Assembly (NCBI GenBank): GCA_008369845.1
Contig: MRSU01002382.1
Span: forward strand, 1-52,272
Length of the DNA stretch: 52,272 nt
Source of the DNA: Trichomonas gallinae
Taxonomy: Eukaryota
Direction: 5' to 3'
Shown: positions 39,704 to 47,876 of the stretch, in pieces
Layout of the letters: every line of letters begins with the position of its first letter
Numbering within the stretch: the stretch's first letter is position 1
Notes under the pieces: model-generated
Seen by the model: only the letters and a program-made list of their open reading frames with translations
What the model was told of the DNA's origin: nothing
The model's database searches: none
Made by a program: the position numbers and the translations under genes

Positions 39704-40315
39704 ATGGGACGCCATACCATTCGCCACCCACCAAGAGCCGATGTCAACCCCAGGCGCGTGGCTAGACATTTTTTGTCTCAAACGGATAAAGATATTATCA
39801 ATGCAATGCTTAAACAGAATTACGATGTCAATTATATCGCACAGAAGATAATGAAATCAAGAAGACAAATTAAAGAATACATTAACCTGCTGAACAATCA
39901 AATTGTTAACAAATTTACATTCGAGGATGACCAAAAATTGATCGATCTTTACAATAAGGATATTCAAAAAGAGAGCATTCTTGTTAAATACTTCCCGGAT
40001 AAGACTGCTTGGATGATTAGAAATAGACTGAAACTGCTGAAAAGACGAAACCAGTTATATTCATTGCCAGAAAGCGTTCCACCACCAGTTCTTATGTCCG
40101 TCACCCCAGCAATCCCAGATGAATTAACAAAACCTATACAGGCTCAGCACCCGGTTGTAATTTTGCCACAAATTCCGTTCGATACATCATCTACTTGTTC
40201 TTTAAGCCAAAAAATAATGAAACCACTCCCTCCTATACAGAGTTTAGAAGAACGCATTTCAATTGCATTCCCGTCAAGTTCTCAAATGAAATATGAGTTA
40301 ATACAATTTGCGTAA
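39704..40315 (+). CDS. Myb-like DNA-binding protein (degenerate R2R3 type)
   Basis: IAQKIMKSRRQIKEY followed by KFTFEDDQKLIDLY...YFPDKTAWMIRNRLKLLKRR, with a Pro-rich C-terminus. Confidence 0.75.
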   Translation: MGRHTIRHPPRADVNPRRVARHFLSQTDKDIINAMLKQNYDVNYIAQKIMKSRRQIKEYINLLNNQIVNKFTFEDDQKLIDLYNKDIQKESILVKYFPDKTAWMIRNRLKLLKRRNQLYSLPESVPPPVLMSVTPAIPDELTKPIQAQHPVVILPQIPFDTSSTCSLSQKIMKPLPPIQSLEERISIAFPSSSQMKYELIQFA

Positions 40316-40526
40316 TGTTTTTTTCATATTCGATATGTTTTTGCTTATTACTATTGGTCTATGTTCTTTTGATAGAACATGACAAATATTTATATTTCTA
40401 TGTTAATAAACAATCTTTTTTCGTAGTTACGCTTTTCATTACTATTAAATAAAAAACTTACCAGCTGGCTAATATGATCCATAAAAAAAAAAACTCTATG
40501 ATTTACAAACAAAATTAGTATTTTTC

Positions 40527-41009
40527 TTATTCGTTTTCTTGAATTTGATTATTTTGATTAAATTTATGAATTGCTTCGATGATTCTCTGCTTTTCCAAGC
40601 TGGATTTCGATGAGTTATCTGTTAAATACGGCGAGAATAAATTATATATTGTTTGAAATGGCGGCTGTGGACAGTCTTCAACTTCATGGCCGAATGTACC
40701 ACAGTTAAAACAAAACTTGCCATCTTTCCATGTTTTGGAAATGTCAATAATCCTTTGGTCAGTTGGTAAATATAATCCAAAATCATCCTCTTTCCATTCT
40801 TTTGGTGCATTTTTCACTGAATGCAGCATCCTTGTACCCATCTCGTTCTTCAAATCGTCGATTGATGGCAAAGGTTTTGTGCATTGTATGGTAGAATGTC
40901 CAATTAAACCGCATCTCATACATATCTGGGACCTATTGACTTGCTTGGGCTCACTTTTGGGCTCAGTGCCATATGCTTCGTTCCATTTTGCGGCAAAATT
41001 TTTGCTCAT
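40527..41009 (-). CDS. Zinc-knuckle (2 x CCHC) protein
   Basis: CMRCGLIGHSTIQC and CFNCGTFGHEVEDC. First in-frame ATG at 41009. Confidence 0.88.
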   Translation of the reverse strand: MSKNFAAKWNEAYGTEPKSEPKQVNRSQICMRCGLIGHSTIQCTKPLPSIDDLKNEMGTRMLHSVKNAPKEWKEDDFGLYLPTDQRIIDISKTWKDGKFCFNCGTFGHEVEDCPQPPFQTIYNLFSPYLTDNSSKSSLEKQRIIEAIHKFNQNNQIQENE

Positions 41010-41142
41010 TTTTACCCTTTTGTCACTTTTAGATATTTGACATTGTAAATTGGCAAAAGTCAGATTAAATTTTTTTTGGTAAAATTGACATTGTAAAGCG
41101 TCAAATGTCAAGTGAAATTTTGCCTTATTGTCACTTTTCGAT
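41010..41142. promoter_or_regulatory. Compact bidirectional promoter (133 bp) between the zinc-knuckle and exportin-like genes
   Basis: Divergent ATGs at 41009 and 41143. Direct repeat TTGACATTGTAAA at 41037 and 41085; TGTCACTTTT at 41021 and 41129. Confidence 0.65.
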
Positions 41143-44100
41143 ATGAATACTTTGAGTTATGAACAATGGGCAGGAATTTGCAACCAATTGATATCAGGTG
41201 AAGAAGCTGGAAATAATTCGGTTGAAGCTTTTCTACAAGAAAAAAATTTCTTGAAGATTTGCATATCTTTATTAAAAAATGAAATGCCGGATGATCATCT
41301 GAACATTTTATTGCAAGTTATCAAAGAATACGTTAATGGGCAATGGAATCTGCAAAATCCTGACTGCACTCCCTTCAAAAATGGATTTTGGGAGTTTTTA
41401 ACTGCAAATGAAAATATGAATCCTACGATATTAGCTTTAAAAGGTGAAATACTTTCGAAAATTGTTTTCATGGAGTGGCCATTCGTTTGGCAAGATATTG
41501 TTGATAAAATATTGGATGTTCCATATGATAATCCATACGCAGCGTCTTTAGCAATGGTATCTTTAGGGTCTTTGTGTACTAAGATTAAAGATGCTTTGCG
41601 AAATCCAGAAGTACGATCTCAAAATCATATAATTCAAGCATCTGAGATCAATCAACGTCATTTTAATGTAAAGCATTTAATAGATATTGTAATTCAAATG
41701 CTCAGATTCAAGATTATTGATGAAGACAAAAATGAATATCCAGATCCTCTTCTTATTCAATTTACTGACTTTTGTTCTAAAATAGCTCCTGTTGTTGATA
41801 TAATGTATCCATGTGACAAGTTTACAGAATGGGTCACAGACCAGAATAATGAAATTGTTCTTCCATTCCTTGCAAAAACTGTCTTAGATCTATCGGAGGT
41901 TGGTTTCCATCAAAGTTCTCACATGGAATGCTTTAAAACAGTTATGAGAATATTTTTCGAAATTCAATTAAGTCCTGAAAATATTATACAGGAAGATTGC
42001 TTTTATCATATCTTCGCAAATTATATACCAAAGTATTTAGTTGACAAATACCAATCTGAGAATTTTTATGATCAAAAAGATATGCTTATGTACATTTTTA
42101 TTACAGAAGCACACGTGATGCATCTCATAGCCGAAAAATATGCAGAAGGAATTCAAGATTTCCGTGAACCATTTTTCAATCTTTTGCGATTGTTTGATAA
42201 ATTTTACATTGAAGCCATTATTCAATCCCAAAAAACCATCAAAACCTTGTATGACATCATTCACGACTCCATCCCAATAGTTTTTGATTCAATCGTCTTA
42301 ATCTTGGGCAGTCCGTACCAAATAGACACAGATTTAGTAGATGTTGAGTTCAACATTGATAACCCAGACTCAGACTTCTCTAAAATTGCCAAAGTTTTAG
42401 TATTAATCGCAAGATTTTTCCCACAAATGGTAGATGAAAGAATTCAAGCTATTTACGGCGAGCTCACCCAAAATAATGAGCTTACACACGAAATTGCACT
42501 AAAATTGCTGCATCAAATTATTGATCTCATTACTATCACCATTAATAATCTCAAAGGACGCGATATAGATATTATTAAGAACACAATAGAGTGGGCTATG
42601 AAGTCAGTGGTGGACACTAACGCTGATGTTTACGTCAGGTCTGTTTTCGCGTATTATTTTGCAGCTCTTTCTACATATATTCGTAAATCACCCCACAGGT
42701 TTAAGCTAATGGATCTGCTTATGATGTTCAATGATTGCATGAATACAGATAATGAAGTTTTTCAAGCAATTCTTGCGAAATGCCTCGCAAAACTCTTCGA
42801 AATCGACTATGACCATTACCAAATGGAAGATATCAAGATATTTATCCAGATGGACCCTCCAGAAGATAGCGAATTGGAGCCTTTCAGTCTGATCGATGCA
42901 TTTCGTTCAATTGCCGGAGAAATGGCCCAAAAATCATGTCCAACAGCAGAAAAGTTCGTAATAAGGATATGCAACATCGTTTATTTCATTTATAGCAAGT
43001 ATTTGGAATACTTAAATAAAGATCATGTTCCCACTTTGGAGTCATACGATCAAAGGGAAAAAATCAAAGGCGAAATGGAAGAGTTTTTGGCCAATTATTT
43101 CGGTTTAACGGAAAATCAGCTCAACGAGTCAATGAATGCATTTGATATAAATGATGTTAAGTCTTGTCTTACTCTTTGTCAGGCGTGCAAAATCTTCGTG
43201 GAACACGAAGCATTGAAGCAAAGACTCAGGCCTCTTTGCGAGAATTTATTGGGTAATGTCTACAACAAAATAAAAGAGATCGTTGAGCAGTACAGATTAT
43301 TCGTACACTCAAAGATTCAAGAAGAAGATCCGGAAAAGCCGAAAGATAATAATCAAGCTATACAGTCAATAAAAGAGCAGCTTGAGACCAGAGAATCACA
43401 GATTTACGTCGAAGTTATTGATAAACTTTTGCATGTTTTTGACGTGATAATGAAAACATTTGATAATAACACTATCAAAGAGCTTGGACCTAATTACATC
43501 AACGAAATTGTTTGCTTATTTGTTGACCCGTCAGATAACTTCATTCCTTATTATATGCATATTCCTTTCATGTTCCTTTTCCTGCGAAACATGTTCGTCA
43601 AGTTTAAGACTTCGATCGCTAATCCTGAAATTGCAGTAAGAATGATAAGCTTTGCGCTTCCTTCTGAGATTAAGTTTACATGCGTCAACGAGTTGTTTGG
43701 TTTCCTGAAATGCTTGCTGACAGATAAGATTCAGCTTCCTGTAGAAGGCAGCAGCTCCGAGCAGAATGAACTGATCCATGCAATTCAGCCGGATATGATC
43801 AGCGGCATTTTATTGATGACGTTCAATTATTGCGAATCGGAAAATATAACAGTTTCAAAAGCTGCGCACAAGTTTTTGTACGACTTCCTGTCTTTCATCG
43901 ATGGATTATCTCATGGATTGAAGAAAGATCTTCTTTCGATTCCAGTTCCAAACGATGACGAAGTAATTAAGCTCAAACTGCAGATAATAGTCAAGATATT
44001 ATTGCTGATGACAAAAGGATATCTTAAGTTCAATTTCGAAACATATATTAAAATAATGAACTTAAAATTCATCCGCAATCAGATGTTAAAACAACCAGAA

Positions 44101-44421
44101 ATGTACGCACAAATTTTGTTTGCAATCACTCAAAGAGATGTGAAGCAAATAGAAAGCTGTTTAAGAGATTTCGCAAAAAGCTTAAGCAGTTCAATAACTA
44201 TTTATGATGTCAGAGGATTTATTACCATGTTTAACCCGATAAGCCATAAAGATCAAGACTTGCAAGATGACAAACCTTATGATTTTAACGCCAAGAGATT
44301 AGACTGTAGTAGAGTTATGGACAAAGATATTCCGGATTTCATTCCTCCTCAAAATCCAGAACCAAATGATGAAGAAAGACCAGAAGATATGCTTTTCACC
44401 AATGATATATATTTAATGTAG
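41143..44421 (+). CDS. Divergent karyopherin-beta, exportin (Xpo1/CRM1-like) HEAT-repeat protein
   Basis: About 1090 aa with all-helical composition. IBN_N-like LQVIKEYVNGQWN and Xpo1-like KIVFMEWPFVWQDIV motif. ATG 41143 follows TCACTTTT. Confidence 0.6.
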   Translation: MNTLSYEQWAGICNQLISGEEAGNNSVEAFLQEKNFLKICISLLKNEMPDDHLNILLQVIKEYVNGQWNLQNPDCTPFKNGFWEFLTANENMNPTILALKGEILSKIVFMEWPFVWQDIVDKILDVPYDNPYAASLAMVSLGSLCTKIKDALRNPEVRSQNHIIQASEINQRHFNVKHLIDIVIQMLRFKIIDEDKNEYPDPLLIQFTDFCSKIAPVVDIMYPCDKFTEWVTDQNNEIVLPFLAKTVLDLSEVGFHQSSHMECFKTVMRIFFEIQLSPENIIQEDCFYHIFANYIPKYLVDKYQSENFYDQKDMLMYIFITEAHVMHLIAEKYAEGIQDFREPFFNLLRLFDKFYIEAIIQSQKTIKTLYDIIHDSIPIVFDSIVLILGSPYQIDTDLVDVEFNIDNPDSDFSKIAKVLVLIARFFPQMVDERIQAIYGELTQNNELTHEIALKLLHQIIDLITITINNLKGRDIDIIKNTIEWAMKSVVDTNADVYVRSVFAYYFAALSTYIRKSPHRFKLMDLLMMFNDCMNTDNEVFQAILAKCLAKLFEIDYDHYQMEDIKIFIQMDPPEDSELEPFSLIDAFRSIAGEMAQKSCPTAEKFVIRICNIVYFIYSKYLEYLNKDHVPTLESYDQREKIKGEMEEFLANYFGLTENQLNESMNAFDINDVKSCLTLCQACKIFVEHEALKQRLRPLCENLLGNVYNKIKEIVEQYRLFVHSKIQEEDPEKPKDNNQAIQSIKEQLETRESQIYVEVIDKLLHVFDVIMKTFDNNTIKELGPNYINEIVCLFVDPSDNFIPYYMHIPFMFLFLRNMFVKFKTSIANPEIAVRMISFALPSEIKFTCVNELFGFLKCLLTDKIQLPVEGSSSEQNELIHAIQPDMISGILLMTFNYCESENITVSKAAHKFLYDFLSFIDGLSHGLKKDLLSIPVPNDDEVIKLKLQIIVKILLLMTKGYLKFNFETYIKIMNLKFIRNQMLKQPEMYAQILFAITQRDVKQIESCLRDFAKSLSSSITIYDVRGFITMFNPISHKDQDLQDDKPYDFNAKRLDCSRVMDKDIPDFIPPQNPEPNDEERPEDMLFTNDIYLM

Positions 44422-44750
44422 TTCTTTAAATAATCTTTGTAAGTTAATCGGATTTTCATAATTAATAAACAATTAGTATTTATCAAAACAAAACAAATAA
44501 TAATAAAACAAAGAATTATTTTGTAGAAAAGTTTTCTTCGCAATTTTGCAATTCAGCTTATATAGGAAGTCCATTAATACTGCTTTTTATTAGTGATACG
44601 TAAGATCTTTGACCAATGGGTTCATTACTTAATTTAGAATTTTGCACTGAAATAGATTTGAAGCAGTTCACAGCAAAGCATGAAAAAAGAATTGAAATAT
44701 ATACACTACAACTTTATTTATCAAACATAAAACAAAAACAATAAAAATAA

Positions 44751-46067
44751 TTATTTCTTTTGAGATTTCGCGAACTTTTGGGTTGTGCTATCCTTTTGAC
44801 CGGAATTATTCCCTGAAATTTGCGGTTTTTGCCTTGAAAGCATCTTTTTATCTGCTTTTTCATCTTTTTCTGACTTCACAGATTTCTTTTCAATACCAGA
44901 CATCTCCTGCGAGATGTTTGCAAGCTTGCGAATGACAGCATTCAAGCCAGATGAATGTTGAGAAATTTCATCTTTTGTTGGTCCCTTTTCCTGGAGTTCT
45001 AAGCTGGTTAATACGAATACAGCAGCCTCATTCATCACGTACATCAACTCTTGCTGCTTGCGGAGCTTTTCATCCCTAATAAATTCTGCGTGCTCCAAAC
45101 TCTTCTCCTGCAGCGAAACTTGGCGCTTCAAGTTGTCATTCTCCTGCTGTGCATTACTCAGGCGCTCGTTTAATTCGGCAATTTTGTTGTTCATTCGAGT
45201 TCTCAACGCATCTAATTTTTGCCGGGAAGTTTCAATGGCTTCCTCAACTTTTTTCGCTGTGTCATTGAGCTTCGACTTGAAGTCAACAGCCTGAGTCGTG
45301 AGATTCTTCTCTGTATCAACGAGTAGTCTTCTTTGCTGTTCTAAATCTTGTAATTGATGGCGAAGTTGATCATTTTTCTTGATAACTTCGAGTGTGTTGT
45401 TGTTGTCGATCTTAAGAGCTTCTCTTTTTGCCTCAGTTTCGTGCAGAATCTTTGTTGTTGCTAAATCAAGGTGCAAATCTTGAAATTCCGTCGCAAAAGC
45501 ATCAGCTTCAGCGAGATCTTTCGACAACTGCTTCTCGTAGTACTCTCTTTGCGCTTGAAGCTTCTTGTGTATTGCGGATTGCTCAGCGAGCCTTTCTTTC
45601 CTTTCTTTTGAGATTAACTGTGAGATATTTCTCATCTGCTCGTCCATTTGGTGCTTGTGCTCCTGGAATTCACGCAATCCACGAAGCTGGTGAAGAGCAA
45701 CTTGAATTTTTGATTTTAAGTTTGTTTCGACTTCGTGAGCCTGGTACTGCATCGCCTCGACCTGGGATTCGTATTTTTCCTTCTGTGACTCGACTTCTAT
45801 TTCCAGTTGTCTTAATTTCGAATTTAATCTTTCTTTCTCCTTTTCTGCTGAATCTATTGCGTGATTTAGGTATTTTATTCTGTCATTTTGCGACTCCTTC
45901 TTTCTGTCAACGTCCAATGCAACTGATTGGAGCTGTTTCTTGAAATCTTGTATAATTTGATTTGCGCGGGTCCTAGAAGACTTGATGTTCATCAACTCGT
46001 TCTCCAAACATTCTGTTTCGACTGAGAGTTTTTGAAGTTGCTGTATCTGATCCCCTTTAATTTCCAT
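44751..46067 (-). CDS. Coiled-coil cilia/flagella-associated protein, CFAP157-like
   Basis: 438-aa coiled coil. QLRGLREFQEHKHQMDEQM...LHLDLATTKILHE resembles the CFAP157 core as recalled (L..LEEF..QK.......M..TT.R.+.E). Confidence 0.6.
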   Translation of the reverse strand: MEIKGDQIQQLQKLSVETECLENELMNIKSSRTRANQIIQDFKKQLQSVALDVDRKKESQNDRIKYLNHAIDSAEKEKERLNSKLRQLEIEVESQKEKYESQVEAMQYQAHEVETNLKSKIQVALHQLRGLREFQEHKHQMDEQMRNISQLISKERKERLAEQSAIHKKLQAQREYYEKQLSKDLAEADAFATEFQDLHLDLATTKILHETEAKREALKIDNNNTLEVIKKNDQLRHQLQDLEQQRRLLVDTEKNLTTQAVDFKSKLNDTAKKVEEAIETSRQKLDALRTRMNNKIAELNERLSNAQQENDNLKRQVSLQEKSLEHAEFIRDEKLRKQQELMYVMNEAAVFVLTSLELQEKGPTKDEISQHSSGLNAVIRKLANISQEMSGIEKKSVKSEKDEKADKKMLSRQKPQISGNNSGQKDSTTQKFAKSQKK

Positions 46068-46096
46068 TTTTTAATTTCTAACGTTTTTTCTAACAT

Positions 46097-46226
46097 TGTC
46101 ATGTAAACTATAAATTTGTCATGTAAATAAATATATTTTTGTCATGTAAATAAATATATTTTTGCCATGTAAACAAATTTCTTGTCATATAAATATAATT
46201 TGTCAAATTAATCATTTTACAAGACA
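46097..46226. repeat. Array of five TGTCATGTAAA elements plus one inverted variant upstream of the CFAP157-like gene
   Basis: Copies at 46097, 46117, 46140, 46163 (TGCC variant) and 46183 (CATAT variant); inverted TTTACAAGACA at 46216. Confidence 0.92.
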
Positions 46227-46740
46227 AAAATCATATTTCTTCTTTATTTAACTAGATAATATAGATATCAGACAAAATAATATGACCAAGATGATGATTG
46301 ATAGTTTTTTCTTTATGGTATTGATACTTATGATTTTCATGCTTTCTATTCATTGGAAATTTTTTCAAATTTACAAAAAATTCATTTTTGAATCTATAAG
46401 ATTTTGTAATATGATTTTCTCATTGAATGTAATAAAAGTATTATAATGATTTATCATAAAAATACGAATATAATTCAATAATTTAATAAATTCAATTTTG
46501 TGAGTCATAGTTGTATGAATAACATTATATTGCCTTAACTAGATTAAATATAATATAAACCAATTTTGTTATCTTGATTTTTTTTTTGAAATAAAATTTG
46601 CTTGATTTTAAGTGAGTTGGAATGTAACAACAATAATTATATGTTTAGTGATGTTATTCTTGTAATGTATAAAGAATATTTTAACTAATTCAAAAATAAA
46701 AAATAATAAAATAAGCAGAGAAAAAAAGAAATATGATGTG

Positions 46741-47814
46741 TTAATAGAAACTCTTACGCGCAGGTGATGAAGATCGTCTATTTGCGTCTCTTTGTCGCTT
46801 CCATTCTGTTGGATCGAATCTTTTCAGCGGAATGTGGCCTCTCGACGATGACGGCCTCGAATTCGATGGTGATGGACTTCTTGATAAACGTGCTGATGTG
46901 TTTCTTGAGCCAGTTGTCGAATTTGCCGAAGAATTTCTTCTCGAACTATTAACAGAGTTATTTCGCGATGTATTCCTTGAGTTGAATGAAGATGTGTTTC
47001 TTGAAGCAGGTGCTGAGCTCCTTGCAGACGTTCTCGCTGAAGATCTTGCAGTTGAATTTCTTGAAGACGGAGAAGCTGATCTTCTCGTGGTAGAATATGG
47101 ACCAATGGGCTGCCTGGTCTTTGGCGATGCTCTCTGTTTCGCTTCCAATTGTTTTTGACGCTCAACGAGTGAGTTTGAGCGTGGAGTTGATGTTCTCCTT
47201 GTTGTATAGCTGGTTGTAGACTTTGTGCGCGACGACTCTTTGAGATTCTTGATTTGCTTGTCTTTTTGCGCCAAATCATCCTTCAATCTTAGATTTTCTT
47301 GTTGCAATTTTTGAATTTGATTCGTTAATTCTTGTTTTTCGACGAAAAATGTCTGTGATTGTTCGTATAACTGTTTTTGAAGCATCTTGTTTTCAGCCTG
47401 AAGTTCAGTTCCTTGATTTTCCTGGAGTTTGTGAATTATCTCGATAAACTCTTGGGAAGTATATGGATCTGACTTCAGAGGCACCGGGACATTTATTTTT
47501 CCCAGTGAGTCTGACGTAAAAACGAGTGTCAAATCATCGTCTACTGCCTTCTTAAGAATTTTTTTGGTATGAATTGGAGTAATTTTGTAATTATTCTGTT
47601 TGAACCAGTTGTACATGATTTGCGACCACAAAGACGGGTCTTTAATATCTGTTTTAGCTGCCATCGTGCAAAAGAACGAATAATCTAAATTATAGCTCCA
47701 TCGCCGAAAGTTTACCGGGTCTTTCGCTTCAATCTTCATTTCAGCCTCGCTGATGATGCTAAACTTACACTCTATAAGATTACCATCGAATGAAAACTGG
47801 TGATTTATATACAT
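46741..47814 (-). CDS. CCDC61/VFL3-like centriolar protein (SAS-6/XRCC4-type head, coiled coil, basic Ser/Arg tail)
   Basis: Head MKIEAKDPVNFRRWSYNLDYSFFCTMAAKT...VPVPL, then a coiled coil and an R/S-rich region ending in RFDPTEW (CCDC61 RFDPT motif). Confidence 0.72.
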   Translation of the reverse strand: MYINHQFSFDGNLIECKFSIISEAEMKIEAKDPVNFRRWSYNLDYSFFCTMAAKTDIKDPSLWSQIMYNWFKQNNYKITPIHTKKILKKAVDDDLTLVFTSDSLGKINVPVPLKSDPYTSQEFIEIIHKLQENQGTELQAENKMLQKQLYEQSQTFFVEKQELTNQIQKLQQENLRLKDDLAQKDKQIKNLKESSRTKSTTSYTTRRTSTPRSNSLVERQKQLEAKQRASPKTRQPIGPYSTTRRSASPSSRNSTARSSARTSARSSAPASRNTSSFNSRNTSRNNSVNSSRRNSSANSTTGSRNTSARLSRSPSPSNSRPSSSRGHIPLKRFDPTEWKRQRDANRRSSSPARKSFY

Positions 47815-47876
47815 TTAGACGAAAAAATTGTTTAAAAAAAAATTTTGTACGTTTAAAATTAAAAAATCAAAAAATC

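Noticed and set aside
46097..46193. CRISPR-like appearance of the short repeat arrays (also 32811-32935, 38678-38747)
   Set aside because: Repeat cores are only 11 bp, spacers are 8-20 bp and similar to each other, there are no cas genes, and the context is eukaryotic.
47790..47876. Extended N-termini from the ORF track (47790, 41111, 41128, 28739, 37732, 1287)
   Set aside because: Mostly TTG starts or extensions running through promoter elements; downstream starts fit initiator spacing or protein features better.
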